A stretch of DNA of 64,000 nucleotides. Source: Pseudomonadota bacterium. GTDB lineage: Bacteria > Desulfobacterota > Desulfobulbia > Desulfobulbales > CALZHT01. Under the pieces are notes generated by a model. That model saw nothing but the letters and a program-made list of their open reading frames with translations. It searched no databases and was not told the origin of the DNA. Where the stretch lies: positions 1,767-65,766 of the forward strand of contig JAHJJF010000097.1 in assembly GCA_018823135.1 (NCBI GenBank), written 5' to 3'. Below, piece after piece: positions 40,071 to 50,167 of this stretch (position 1 is the stretch's first letter; the number at the start of each line of letters is the position of its first letter). The translations under genes were made by a program, and so were the position numbers.

Positions 40071-40115
40071 GTGAGAGGAAAGGACTTCTCTTTTCGTGAA
40101 GTACTTTCCTCTCAC
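40071..40115 (-). terminator. Rho-independent terminator of the carbonic anhydrase gene
   Basis: The 18-bp inverted repeat GTGAGAGGAAAGGACTTC / GAAGTACTTTCCTCTCAC has one mismatch and a 9-nt loop. On the minus-strand transcript it is followed by AATTTTTT. It lies 14 nt after the stop at 40129-40131. Confidence 0.75.
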
Positions 40116-40128
40116 CTTGGCGTAGAAA

Positions 40129-40941
40129 TTATTTCATTGCGGGAGCTAAACTTCCAACATGAGTTACGATGTCACCTTTGGGAATTTCCTGTAACAGTGG
40201 ATCGCGCATGATTTTGTTGGGATCAGCCTCACCATTTATATTCGTAATAACCAGGGTGCCGCGGCCCTTTCCGTAATTATTGTTAAAATCATAGACGCCG
40301 CCGACAATGGCCATTTCACCGGAACTTATTTTTTCAGCATAGAGTTCCATTGCATATTTGACCTGATAATCAACATTCCGTTCAACATTCATGTCCCAGC
40401 GGGTCTTGAATTCGCCTTGCTGGTCATCGGCAGCCATCACCGGTTTCAGAGGATCAAGTTCCGCTTTGATGCCTTTTGTCTCGCCTGAATAATCACCCAT
40501 GGCCGCTTTAACTGCGCCGCAGCTGGAATGACCCATGATCAGAAGAATTTTGGTGGGAAGGTGCCGGACGCCGTAATCAACTGAACCTTCGGAGTTTGCA
40601 ACCTGGTTGCCGACATTTCTGATGATGAAGATATTATTGTTGGGATCCATGCCGAACAGGCCGGTGTGCACCCGTGAGTCGGCGCAGGTGACAACCGTGA
40701 GATTCGGGGTTTGGCCTGTCTGATAGGCTTCAAAAAAAGCGTTATCATGATGGCCGGTGAACTGGCTGTTGCCTTGGATCGCTGCCTTGATGGTTTCCAT
40801 GGGAGTCATGGATTTCCCGGCCGCCCCATGGCCACCGCCATGACCGCCGTCGCTTGACGCAAAGACTGATGGAGCAAAAGCAAGTAACGCTGTAACCGCA
40901 GCTCCGGTAATGAGTTTTTTACACAAAGAATTCTGTTTCAT
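40129..40941 (-). CDS. Secreted beta-class carbonic anhydrase
   Basis: The likely start at 40941 (MKQNSL...) has a GGAGGGG Shine-Dalgarno sequence. The signal peptide is ITGAAVTALLAFAPSVFA. The beta-CA zinc motifs are VVTCADSRV (CxDxR) and GHSSCGAV (HxxC). Confidence 0.8.
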   Translation of the reverse strand: MKQNSLCKKLITGAAVTALLAFAPSVFASSDGGHGGGHGAAGKSMTPMETIKAAIQGNSQFTGHHDNAFFEAYQTGQTPNLTVVTCADSRVHTGLFGMDPNNNIFIIRNVGNQVANSEGSVDYGVRHLPTKILLIMGHSSCGAVKAAMGDYSGETKGIKAELDPLKPVMAADDQQGEFKTRWDMNVERNVDYQVKYAMELYAEKISSGEMAIVGGVYDFNNNYGKGRGTLVITNINGEADPNKIMRDPLLQEIPKGDIVTHVGSLAPAMK

Positions 40942-41298
40942 TTGTACCCCTCCGTGTTGATAATTAATAGTTCGGACATACAAATCGGCTCCAGCTATCT
41001 CATTTACTTATGACGATCATGAAACCCACAAGTATTTCAGATGTTGGGGGGAAATATTGTCTGCCCGTTAATTTTTTCAGGTAAGAGTAAGAAAACTTCC
41101 CGGAATTTCCGGATTTAAACAAGTGATGTATACTGATAAATCGACAACTGGTCAAGCTTGTAGCTCTTTTTTCTCAACAAAAAAGAAAATTTCATGGATG
41201 CTTTTTTTTCGGCGTGAAAAACGAGAAAGGAAATCAACGGAAAAATGAACTCTCCATCCTTCACATCTTCCAATTGCTGTCCCTGATCCCTGAAACCT

Positions 41299-43278
41299 CT
41301 ATAAGGCGTCTTGCCCAAAGGATTTTTCCGCTTCCTCGATTCTTGCCTGGGTCTCTTCCCAGGTTGCATATAATCTTTCGAGGCGTCGTCCAACTTCTTT
41401 ATATTCTCGGCTTTTATCAGCAAAGGCATCCTGGTCTTTATACAGTTCCGGATCGGCAAGATAGCTCTCAACAAGAGATTTCCGCGCTTCATACTTTTCG
41501 ATTTCTTTTTCAGCTTCATCGGCTTGAATTTTCAGGGGTCTCAGGATTTTGTTTTTGTCAATTCTGATTTGTGCCTGCGCTTGGCGGGCATTCCTGCCGC
41601 GGGCCGGGGCGGCATCAGTTGATTGAACGGCCTCGGACTGCGGTTTGCCTGGAAGCAAAGAAACTTTTCTGCTCTCTCTGGTTTTTTCGAGGTAGTAGGA
41701 GACATTGCCGTCAAAAAGGGTAGCTTTGCCGTCTTTGATTTCCAGGACTTTATTGACAAACTGATCAACAAAATAACGGTTATGGGAAACAACGATTATG
41801 GTGCCGTCGTATTGTTTCATTGCTTCCTGGAGGATTTCCTGGGACATCATGTCCAGATGATTAGTGGGCTCGTCCATGATCAACAGATTCGCCGGGGTAA
41901 TAATCATCTTGGCAAGGGCCAGTCGACTTTTTTCCCCTCCGGAAAGGATAGAAACTTTTTTGTCCACATCATCGCCGCGGAACAGAAAGGCGCCCAGAAT
42001 TGAACGATCCTGGGTAACACTCCGATCGCCTTCGACTTCTGAAAGGGTCTGCAATACGGTTAAATTCTGAGGAAGATCCTGAGCCTGGTGTTGACCGAAA
42101 TAGGATGTCTTGACATTGTGGCCGAGGCGAATTGTATCTTTATCAGGGGTTATTTCTGCGGCAAGAAGCCGTACCATGGTGGATTTGCCGGCGCCGTTTA
42201 CGCCCACCACGGCTATTTTTTCTCCTCGCTGCAATTCAAAGGAGATATCGGTAAAGACGTTTTTGTTGTTGTAGGATTTTGTAAGACCTTTAACCTCCAG
42301 AGCAAGGCGGCCACTGGGAAGAGCCGGAGGGAAACGGAATGAAATGGTGCTTTCCGAATCCTCCAGTTCAATCCGATCCAGTTTTGCCAGTTGTTTAACA
42401 CGGCTCTGGACCTGTTTGGCCTTGGTTGATTTTGCCCGGAATCTTTCGACAAAACGCATGGTCTGCTGGATCTGCGCCTGCTGATTTTCGTAGGCGGCAC
42501 GCTGGACCTGCATACGCAGTTCTTTTTCTACGAGATATTTTGTGTAGTTTCCCTTGTAAGCGGTCAGGGTTCCGCGGCTCAGTTCCCAGGTTGCGGAAGT
42601 CATGTTGTCAAGAAAAGCGCGGTCATGTGAGATAATTATCATTGCGCCCTGATAGGTGGTCAGAAAACTTTCAAGCCAGGTGAGACTTTCAATGTCAAGA
42701 TGATTTGTCGGTTCATCCAGCAGCAGAAAAGAAGGTTTTGCAAGCAGATGTTTGGCAAGCATCAGACGCATGGTCCAGCCGCCGCTGAAAGTTGTGCAGT
42801 CTTTGGAAAGATCGGCTTCGGAAAAACCAAGGCCGGAAAGAACCGTTTCCACCTGAGATTTCATCCGGAAAATGTCTGCCCGTTCCAGTTCATGCTGTAA
42901 TTCTCCCTGTTCGACAAGGAGAAGCGAATAACCGGCGGAACCTGAATCTTCCGAGCTCAGTCTGAGGTTGATCTCTTCGAGCCTGTTCTGCATTTCAATG
43001 ATATTGCCGAAGGCGGATTCAGCCTCTTCATACAGTGACCTGCCGGATGGAAATGCGGTTATTTCCTGGGGAAGATAGCCGATGGTCGCATGTCTGGACC
43101 TGGTAACCACGCCGAAATCAGTTTCCTGAATTCCTGCAATTATTTTAAGCAGCGTGGATTTACCTGTGCCGTTTACCCCCACCAGGCCGATTCTGTCCTG
43201 CTCTCCGATACGTGCGGATAGCTCCTTGAATATATATTTGTTGCCGTATTGTAGATTGAGATCGTTGATTATGATCAT
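41299..43278 (-). CDS. ABC-F family ATPase (Uup-like, two ABC domains plus a C-terminal coiled coil)
   Basis: There are two Walker A motifs (GVNGTGKST and GVNGAGKST), two signature motifs (FSGGW.MR and LSGGEKSR) and no TM domain. The C-terminal extension is charged and helical. Confidence 0.88.
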   Translation of the reverse strand: MIIINDLNLQYGNKYIFKELSARIGEQDRIGLVGVNGTGKSTLLKIIAGIQETDFGVVTRSRHATIGYLPQEITAFPSGRSLYEEAESAFGNIIEMQNRLEEINLRLSSEDSGSAGYSLLLVEQGELQHELERADIFRMKSQVETVLSGLGFSEADLSKDCTTFSGGWTMRLMLAKHLLAKPSFLLLDEPTNHLDIESLTWLESFLTTYQGAMIIISHDRAFLDNMTSATWELSRGTLTAYKGNYTKYLVEKELRMQVQRAAYENQQAQIQQTMRFVERFRAKSTKAKQVQSRVKQLAKLDRIELEDSESTISFRFPPALPSGRLALEVKGLTKSYNNKNVFTDISFELQRGEKIAVVGVNGAGKSTMVRLLAAEITPDKDTIRLGHNVKTSYFGQHQAQDLPQNLTVLQTLSEVEGDRSVTQDRSILGAFLFRGDDVDKKVSILSGGEKSRLALAKMIITPANLLIMDEPTNHLDMMSQEILQEAMKQYDGTIIVVSHNRYFVDQFVNKVLEIKDGKATLFDGNVSYYLEKTRESRKVSLLPGKPQSEAVQSTDAAPARGRNARQAQAQIRIDKNKILRPLKIQADEAEKEIEKYEARKSLVESYLADPELYKDQDAFADKSREYKEVGRRLERLYATWEETQARIEEAEKSFGQDAL

Positions 43279-43762
43279 TTATTTATGTTATCCGAAGAGA
43301 TTAATTAGAGCCGCAGAAGATAGCATAAAAATGACCAAACTGCCAGATAGAATGCAGGCAAATCAAGCGAGTATCTTTGTCGTTTCATATTGAAGGAATT
43401 GAATTTGCCGATAATGGTGAATTCTGAGGCGCTTAATAATTTCTTTGTGTCCCGCTATTTTTTTCAGGTTTAAAATGCTTGTGGCCGTATTTTGATGCTT
43501 CGGCATTTCCGAACTGCTTTGCTGCTTGACGAAATCCCGTTTCCAACAGGTTCGCCGATGGGGGATTTCCTGTCACGCACTCATGGGTTTATACGATTCG
43601 CATTGGGGGCAGGGAGCAACGCCTTCGAATAATCCCGAAACTCCATGGATTCTCAAGGTTCAACATGAAAATAGTTTAGAGGTGGTGAAATAGATCAGGG
43701 TGGAGATGATTAACTGAAAAAATATCTTTAAACTGGATCTGCTGAAGGGAAGGAAAACGAAA

Positions 43763-44065
43763 TTATTCAGATCCAAGGGTATAATCATTATTCCATCTGA
43801 ACTGCAGGTCCGGCTTTTCGCGAAATTCGAGAATACCAATCTCAGACATTTGTTCCAGTACATCGGCCAGGAAATTACCCAGGGGGTTGGTGCTCCAGAA
43901 AATTCCCTTTGTGTCAGGGGTCATTTCCGAATCAGGTGACAGAATGTTCAGCGACTTGGCAATTGCCAGTTCTGCTTGGTCCCAATCAGTCCAGTCTGTA
44001 AGATTCTCTTTGAGTGATTTCATGGAATGCAAAATTACAGATTGCTCAATCGCTGTCAATGACAA
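43763..44065 (-). CDS. Hypothetical protein
   Basis: The 100-aa ORF is acidic. I recognised no family. Confidence 0.35.
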   Translation of the reverse strand: MSLTAIEQSVILHSMKSLKENLTDWTDWDQAELAIAKSLNILSPDSEMTPDTKGIFWSTNPLGNFLADVLEQMSEIGILEFREKPDLQFRWNNDYTLGSE

Positions 44066-44339
44066 TCAGCTCCTTTTTCAGTAAAAGCGCAAAAAAAATA
44101 TAAAAAGTAAAGCTTGTTGTAATCATTAAGAAAAACTCAAATTTACAAGTCCACAGATGTGTTGCAGATTGAGGTCGAATGTTCGTGAAGACCTTTTGGA
44201 CAATTTTCACAGAAAGGAAGATTTTGCTTTTTACTCTATCCGTATGCTTTTTCTTGACTTTTCATGAATTCGGAAGTTAGGATTTTTTTGTGGACCCCAT
44301 TTACAACAAATTTAAATTATCATGGAAACGGTTTAGATC

Positions 44340-45467
44340 ATGGAAACCTATTTTGCCAAGCCTGAAAGGCTTGATGGTGCGGAATTATTGATGCAAATCA
44401 AGAGTGTTGTCAACAACCCGATCACCGAGGCAGTATTAAAATCCGTGACCGGCTGCATGATAATTTTGAATGAATACAGACAGATCCTTGCTTCAAATAT
44501 CTCCTTTCTCGAATTAATCGGCATTACCAGCATAGAAGAAATCATAGGTCTCAGGCCCGGTGAAGCGATTAATTGTGTGCACGCTTATGATGCGCTTGGG
44601 GGATGCGGCACCACACGATACTGTTCAACCTGCGGCGCGGCCGTTGCGATTGTCACAAGTCTCGGCACCGACCATTATGCTGAAAGAAAATGTGCCGCCA
44701 CGGTGAAAAAAAACGGCAAAGATGAGGATCTATTTCTCCATGTCCGTTCAACCCCGGTTAACATAACCGATAAACGTTTCCTGGTTGTGCTGCTTCAGGA
44801 TATCACAACCCACGAAAGAAGGGCCGCTCTGGAAAGAATGTTTTTTCATGACTTGAATAATATCATGAACGGGCTTATCGGAGCTTCGGAAATTCTAACA
44901 TTTATTGAATATGATAATGTCCAGGAAATTGCCGGACAAATCAAGCATCTCTGCCTCAGACTTTCAAAAGAAGTTGCGATCCAAAGAGCTTTGAGCGCAA
45001 CCGAAGTGGGTAAATATCAAATATATATTGAGCCGATTCAGCCTGAAATTATTGTTCGGGATATACAAAATATTTTCGCCGTCCATCCGGCTTCCAAGAA
45101 CAAAATAATCACAATTCCGGAAATCTTGCCCAATAAGCCGGTCATAACAGATTATTCTTTATTGATGAGAATTCTGACCAACATGATTACCAACGCCCTT
45201 GAAGCTACAGATGAAGGCGGAAAAGTGAAATTCTGGATTGAGTCTTGTCTGGATACGGTGAATTTTCTTGTTTGGAGCAAGAAAAACATCCCGGATAATA
45301 TCGCATTGCGGATATTTCAACGTCATTTCAGCACAAAAAATGGAGACGGAAGAGGATTCGGGACTTATTCCATGAAAATATTCGGTGAGCATTTTCTTAA
45401 CGGACAGGTGGATTTCATCTCGACTCCAAAATCCGGTACGACTTTCAGTTTATCACTGCCTGCATAG
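44340..45467 (+). CDS. Cytoplasmic sensor histidine kinase with a Cys-rich PAS-like N-terminal domain
   Basis: There is no TM segment. The H-box is FFHDLNNIMNGL, and the HATPase motifs are NMITNALEAT and GDGRGFGTYS. Four cysteines (C79-x9-C-x5-C-x2-C) are encoded at about 44574-44636. Confidence 0.8.
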   Translation: METYFAKPERLDGAELLMQIKSVVNNPITEAVLKSVTGCMIILNEYRQILASNISFLELIGITSIEEIIGLRPGEAINCVHAYDALGGCGTTRYCSTCGAAVAIVTSLGTDHYAERKCAATVKKNGKDEDLFLHVRSTPVNITDKRFLVVLLQDITTHERRAALERMFFHDLNNIMNGLIGASEILTFIEYDNVQEIAGQIKHLCLRLSKEVAIQRALSATEVGKYQIYIEPIQPEIIVRDIQNIFAVHPASKNKIITIPEILPNKPVITDYSLLMRILTNMITNALEATDEGGKVKFWIESCLDTVNFLVWSKKNIPDNIALRIFQRHFSTKNGDGRGFGTYSMKIFGEHFLNGQVDFISTPKSGTTFSLSLPA

Positions 45468-45667
45468 GACGATGACTCGTAAATATACTGAAAAATCCTG
45501 ACAAGGACAGTGCATCTTTAGCTTATTTATTTTCAACATAGAAATATTAACCAATTAAATCAGATAACTGATATCCTTAATTGTTGACTGATAATTGGTT
45601 TATATTTATAAATGTGGTTGTTAACTGTTTAATTAATCATTGAACAACCAGGTACAGGAGTATCTTT

Positions 45668-45892
45668 ATGGCTGATTGTGAACTGCTTGAAAATTGTCTT
45701 TTTTTCAATGATAAGATGGAAAATATGCCGGATGCATCTGAAGTAATAAAAGAATATTATTGTCGGAAAATGTATAAACGATGCGCCAGATTCGTCTATA
45801 AAAAGGTAACCAACGAAGTGCCAGGCGAATTTTACCCCAACGACATGAGCAAGGTTGCAAAAAATCTCGGTTGGGACATAAGCTGGGATTGA
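45668..45892 (+). CDS. Small Cys-rich protein, function unknown
   Basis: The 74-aa ORF has an AGGAG Shine-Dalgarno sequence upstream. Four cysteines are arranged as C4-x5-C10...C32-x6-C39 (MADCELLENCLFF...YYCRKMYKRCARF). Confidence 0.5.
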   Translation: MADCELLENCLFFNDKMENMPDASEVIKEYYCRKMYKRCARFVYKKVTNEVPGEFYPNDMSKVAKNLGWDISWD

Positions 45893-45967
45893 ACCGGTAA
45901 TAAAATTGAAATTCGTCTGTATTTTTTTGATTTGACCACACAGGGCAATTGATATTTCTCGTCTCTC

Positions 45968-46501
45968 TTAATCTGTTTCTCCCTCCATGCTATAACACTC
46001 GACGATCATTGAATCGGCAAGTGTATGCTGTTCGTCTCCTTCATCAGTAGCAGCCAGAACTCTTTCAAAACATATGCGTGCCTCCTGGTATTTGGAAAAC
46101 CCCTCCAGGAGTATTTGTCCTTTCATGTTCAGCGCGACTGGGAATTTCGGTTCTTCTTTCAAGAGGGCGTTTACTTTCTTTAATGCCTCGTTGAAATTCG
46201 AAGATCCTATGAGGATGCCGATGCTCTGGATGGCCTTGGCATGTTTTACTGTCAAACTGAGTTGAGCCTTGTTGCCAAGTCCGAAGAGACCGAGGACATC
46301 GTTGATGTCATTATTTATGACAATAATGATCATACTGATCCCTATACTGTAGATCAAAGGGTAACCAATGCCATAGAGCAGCAATGCTCGTTGAAAATAC
46401 CCCCAGACGCCACCGATAATCACAAAAGGAACGAGGAGGATTATAAAAAATTTGAGAAAGTCACCAACGATATTGAGATCTTGCACGGGCTTTGCGGGCA
46501 T
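45968..46501 (-). CDS. Membrane protein with a C-terminal TPR-like region
   Basis: The N-terminal half has 2-3 hydrophobic helices. The C-terminal half is helical repeat (FNEALKKVNALLKEEPKFPVALNMKGQILLEGFSKYQEARICFERVL). Confidence 0.5.
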   Translation of the reverse strand: MPAKPVQDLNIVGDFLKFFIILLVPFVIIGGVWGYFQRALLLYGIGYPLIYSIGISMIIIVINNDINDVLGLFGLGNKAQLSLTVKHAKAIQSIGILIGSSNFNEALKKVNALLKEEPKFPVALNMKGQILLEGFSKYQEARICFERVLAATDEGDEQHTLADSMIVECYSMEGETD

Positions 46502-46647
46502 GCTGCCTCCGGACCATAAATCTTAGTTAGTTTTCATTAAATCTTTGCTTTAAAGGATAATTATATAGATTATACTCATTTTTAGATGGATTACTCAACA
46601 CCGACACCAGGAAACGTGCATATTTATCGTACTGTTTGAGGAAATAA

Positions 46648-47052
46648 ATGAGCAAAGGATTAACCGCAATACCCCGGAGATTTTTCCAGGCATGCTCCAT
46701 TCTGCTTTTTCTGCTGATGTTCCTTCTTCTTTTCTTTTATATTTCGGAACGACGCAATAAAGCTTTTAACGACCCCAAAGGAAAAATCGAGACAGTTGCC
46801 GATTATCTCCGGCAGATGGGAAATCCTCAGAGGATCTTCAGCGCAGTGAAGGATGGCGAGGCTTATGTGCTGGTTTATGGAGAGAGAAAGGGCAGGGCAT
46901 CGGGGCCTCCTGCGTATCTTTTCACAACTGACGGATTTCTTTTTGACTGGTGTCCCGATATCGGCGACACCCCGTTTATTCATGGAAGATTTTATCTTGA
47001 CCACGTGCAGATTATCGAAGAAATACCTCTTACATCAATTACCCGGAAATAA
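46648..47052 (+). CDS. Hypothetical N-terminally anchored protein
   Basis: The 134-aa ORF has one TM helix (ACSILLFLLMFLLLFFYI). I recognised no family. Confidence 0.45.
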   Translation: MSKGLTAIPRRFFQACSILLFLLMFLLLFFYISERRNKAFNDPKGKIETVADYLRQMGNPQRIFSAVKDGEAYVLVYGERKGRASGPPAYLFTTDGFLFDWCPDIGDTPFIHGRFYLDHVQIIEEIPLTSITRK

Positions 47053-47110
47053 ATAATTCCATGAAAATGGCTATTGATTTAAGATGATACCGGCAGATAA
47101 GCACAAGGAT

Positions 47111-49384
47111 TTAAACAGGGGATGAGACTTTGGGTTTGCCCCTTCTTTTATCCAGACATTCCCGAACACTCATTGCCAGATCCCGCATGATGATCGGTTT
47201 CATGATGAATTTCTTTATGCCCATGTCATTGGCAATTTTTTCATTGACGGTTTCACTGAATCCCGTGCAGAGGATAACAGGTATATCCCATCTTACCCCA
47301 AGAATCGCCTGAGCAAGCTGTATGCCGTTTTTCCGCGGCATTGCCATGTCGGTTATAACCAGATCGTAATCATCCGGATTGTTCAAAAAAAGATCATACG
47401 CCTCTTGTGAATCGGAAACTGCGGTCACCCGGTATCCGAGAGCAGTGAGCATCTCTCTTTCCATGCTGACGATTGGCACTTCATCGTCAACAACCAGAAT
47501 GTGTTCATTTCCTCCCGGGGTGGACCCAACCTTTACTTCCTCATGGACTTCACCATCTTCAATTGCCGGGAAGTAAACGTGAAAGGTTGTTCCGGCGCCG
47601 GGCTCGCTGTAAACCGTAATGTCGCCTCCATAACTTTTTACAATACCGTGCACCACGGACAAGCCCATTCCGGTTCCTTCGCCAAGGGGTTTGGTGGTGA
47701 AGTATGGCTCGAAAATTCTTGACAGAGTTTCTTTGCTCATGCCGTGACCGGTATCGCTGACCTCAAGCATTACATGGGAGCCGGGAGAAAGACTGATATT
47801 TTTTCCGGCATCCTCTGGAGATATGCTGACCCGTTTGAGTTTTAAGCCAAGTACGGCATTGTCCTGATCGCGCAGGGAATGGTAGGCGTTTGTGCAAAGA
47901 TTCATCATGACCTGATGAATCTGAATGGGATTGCCCAAAACAGAGCCGGAATTGCTATCGATATCCTGGCGGATTTCAATAGAGGTGGGAATGGTCGCAC
48001 GCAACAGTTTCAATGCCTCTTTGACGATCAAATGCACCAGAACAGGATTTTGATCCTGGGGCGCCTGACGGCTGAAGGTGAGAATCTGTCTGACAAGTTC
48101 TTTGGCGCGGGTTCCAGCCTTAAGTGCTTCAACGAGTCGATCACTGACATCGTTACCCGCCGGAAGCAGCAATTGTGCAAGTTCAATATTTCCCAGCAAT
48201 GAAGTGAGGATATTATTAAAATCATGGGCGATGCCGCCGGCAAGAGTGCCGATGGATTCCATTTTCTGTGACTGGGCGAGTTGCAGTTCAAGCTTGATCT
48301 TGTCATCCTCGGCTTTCAATCGATCAGTTATGTCTCGGGCAAGGGCCATAATGAATTGCTGGCCGCCTATTTCAAGGAGTCCCAGCTTGACCTCTACCTG
48401 GAAGGTCGTGCCGTCTTTGCGGCGATGCTCGCTGGTCAGGGTGACCGTGTGGTCTGAGGTAAGTTTATCCCAATATTTTTCTTTAAAATTTTCGGGTTGG
48501 GATATATTGGCAATGTCGTTCACACACATGGAAAGTAATTCATCCCGCGTATATCCCAGGCTCTCACATGCCCGTTGATTCACATCCACAAAACAGCCGT
48601 TTGCATCATGCAGGAAAAATGCGTCGACAGCCTGGTCAACCAGGGTGCGAAACCGCTTTTCACTTTCCCTCAATGCGATTTCCCTGGATTCTAATTGACC
48701 CAGCATATCATTAAAATCATCAACCAGACGGCCGACTTCGTCATTGCCGTATTTAACTGCTCTTGAGGTGAAATCCTGTTCCTCTGAAATACGTCTTGTA
48801 ACAGCTGCGAGGGATACCACAGGGTCTGAGATTATTCGCTGAAGATTTGAAGCAAGAATTTTTGCAAAGAAAAGGGTCAGGAATACTACTACGGTGAGAA
48901 TGAAAATCGCGGCCTTACGGACATCCTTGAGTTCACTGAGGTCATCAACTAGATAGAGGGTCCCCAGGATGCTGCCTCCAACGATAATATCACGTTGCAC
49001 CCATAGACCTTTGCTTGCCTGGACCTGATTAAACACCGTATCAAATTTATTAATTGAGGGGTTTTCATCTTCTTTCCAATTTGTATGAGCGGCAAACAGC
49101 TTATCGTCAGAGGTAGTTATCTTGGCCAGAACTATACTGGGCTTTGCATCAAGAGAAGCCAGAATATTTTGAGCATCATCCGGAACATTGAATGCAAGTG
49201 CGGCTTCACAGTTTTTACCGACGATTTCTGAAAGACTTATGAGGTTTTCATGATAAAACACCTTGTATTGATTGATGATGAACAGATAAAAAGCAAGACA
49301 GGCCAGGATGACTGCGGTTGAACTTGTAAACAGTACTATGAAAGCGAGTTTTTTCCGGATGGAGAGATCTTTAAAGAAATGCAT
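47111..49384 (-). CDS. Hybrid sensor histidine kinase (membrane sensor domain, HAMP, PAS, HisKA, HATPase, receiver)
   Basis: Two TM segments flank an N-terminal sensor of about 130 aa. The H-box is GGIAHDFNNILT, the HATPase motif is GTGMGLSVV, and the C-terminal receiver region includes ILVVDDE...DLVITDMAMP. The start overlaps the stop of the YfiR-like gene (TGATG). Confidence 0.88.
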   Translation of the reverse strand: MHFFKDLSIRKKLAFIVLFTSSTAVILACLAFYLFIINQYKVFYHENLISLSEIVGKNCEAALAFNVPDDAQNILASLDAKPSIVLAKITTSDDKLFAAHTNWKEDENPSINKFDTVFNQVQASKGLWVQRDIIVGGSILGTLYLVDDLSELKDVRKAAIFILTVVVFLTLFFAKILASNLQRIISDPVVSLAAVTRRISEEQDFTSRAVKYGNDEVGRLVDDFNDMLGQLESREIALRESEKRFRTLVDQAVDAFFLHDANGCFVDVNQRACESLGYTRDELLSMCVNDIANISQPENFKEKYWDKLTSDHTVTLTSEHRRKDGTTFQVEVKLGLLEIGGQQFIMALARDITDRLKAEDDKIKLELQLAQSQKMESIGTLAGGIAHDFNNILTSLLGNIELAQLLLPAGNDVSDRLVEALKAGTRAKELVRQILTFSRQAPQDQNPVLVHLIVKEALKLLRATIPTSIEIRQDIDSNSGSVLGNPIQIHQVMMNLCTNAYHSLRDQDNAVLGLKLKRVSISPEDAGKNISLSPGSHVMLEVSDTGHGMSKETLSRIFEPYFTTKPLGEGTGMGLSVVHGIVKSYGGDITVYSEPGAGTTFHVYFPAIEDGEVHEEVKVGSTPGGNEHILVVDDEVPIVSMEREMLTALGYRVTAVSDSQEAYDLFLNNPDDYDLVITDMAMPRKNGIQLAQAILGVRWDIPVILCTGFSETVNEKIANDMGIKKFIMKPIIMRDLAMSVRECLDKRRGKPKVSSPV

Positions 49385-49998
49385 CAGAATCCCTCCCTTC
49401 TGTTTTGGCTGGTAATGACTCTTACAGCAATTTCCTGAAGTTTGGCGCTGATACCGAGATTTGCATTGTTGAGTTGTACCCGGTTTATTTCCCAGCGGAT
49501 CTTGTTGTCATCCGTGGAGATGAAATTAATCATGCCGCCGGCTTCAAGAAAACCCTCTTCATCGGAAACGGTGAGAACCGGAGCATTTTTGAGACTGCGA
49601 ATTATTGCCCTGAAATTTGCTTTTTCAGAACTGCTGATAAAAAGAAGTTTGCAGCAGACCAGATCGATATCTTGATCAAAAGTATCAAAATATCGAATTT
49701 CAACCTCCTTGTTGGTTGATTTTCTTATGTGCTCCCTGACCTTATCAAGTGATTGGTTGATAGGGGATTTGCCGATAACATTGATTGCAATCAGTTCTTG
49801 GTTTTCACTTGTCGGCCATTGAATGAAATGAAAAAAATTATAGAGATACGCCGCTTTGAGTTCATACTCACCTGCGCGTGACGCGGAGTTTTCAGCGTAT
49901 ACCGTCATCGGGAAGACATCCAGAAGAGAAACAATAAGAAGGGCAAGGAGCAGATGTTTCAGCGCTGTCTTATATGTTGAATGGAAAGTAATAAACAA
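49384..49998 (-). CDS. YfiR-like (DUF4154) periplasmic protein
   Basis: A signal peptide is followed by the DUF4154 hallmark YELKAAYLYNFFHFIQWP. The position between a TonB-dependent receptor and a sensor kinase is typical for this family. Confidence 0.7.
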   Translation of the reverse strand: MFITFHSTYKTALKHLLLALLIVSLLDVFPMTVYAENSASRAGEYELKAAYLYNFFHFIQWPTSENQELIAINVIGKSPINQSLDKVREHIRKSTNKEVEIRYFDTFDQDIDLVCCKLLFISSSEKANFRAIIRSLKNAPVLTVSDEEGFLEAGGMINFISTDDNKIRWEINRVQLNNANLGISAKLQEIAVRVITSQNRREGF

Positions 49999-50167
49999 AA
50001 ATATACCATCTTTGAATAGAACTTTTAACGGTTCGTATTAGTATTGATTGTGGTGAACAACTTTATTTAACAGCCAGATTCTTTTTTTATCAATTTATCT
50101 TTTAATCGTGCCTCAACTCCCATTAACAGGGTTGCCTGCTAAACAACCTGCCTTGTGTTTTCGTTAC

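Noticed and set aside
41115-41519. A 134-aa minus-strand ORF and a 117-aa plus-strand ORF lie at the 3' end of the ABC-F gene.
   Set aside because: They overlap the well-supported ABC-F coding region and are Lys/Arg-rich low-complexity translations of its coiled-coil tail.
43540-43660. A short minus-strand peptide ending ...GVAPCPQCESYKPMSA resembles the end of a CxxC zinc-ribbon protein.
   Set aside because: Only about 27 codons are open and only one CxxC is present. There is no clear start or Shine-Dalgarno sequence. At best it is a gene remnant and it cannot be supported.
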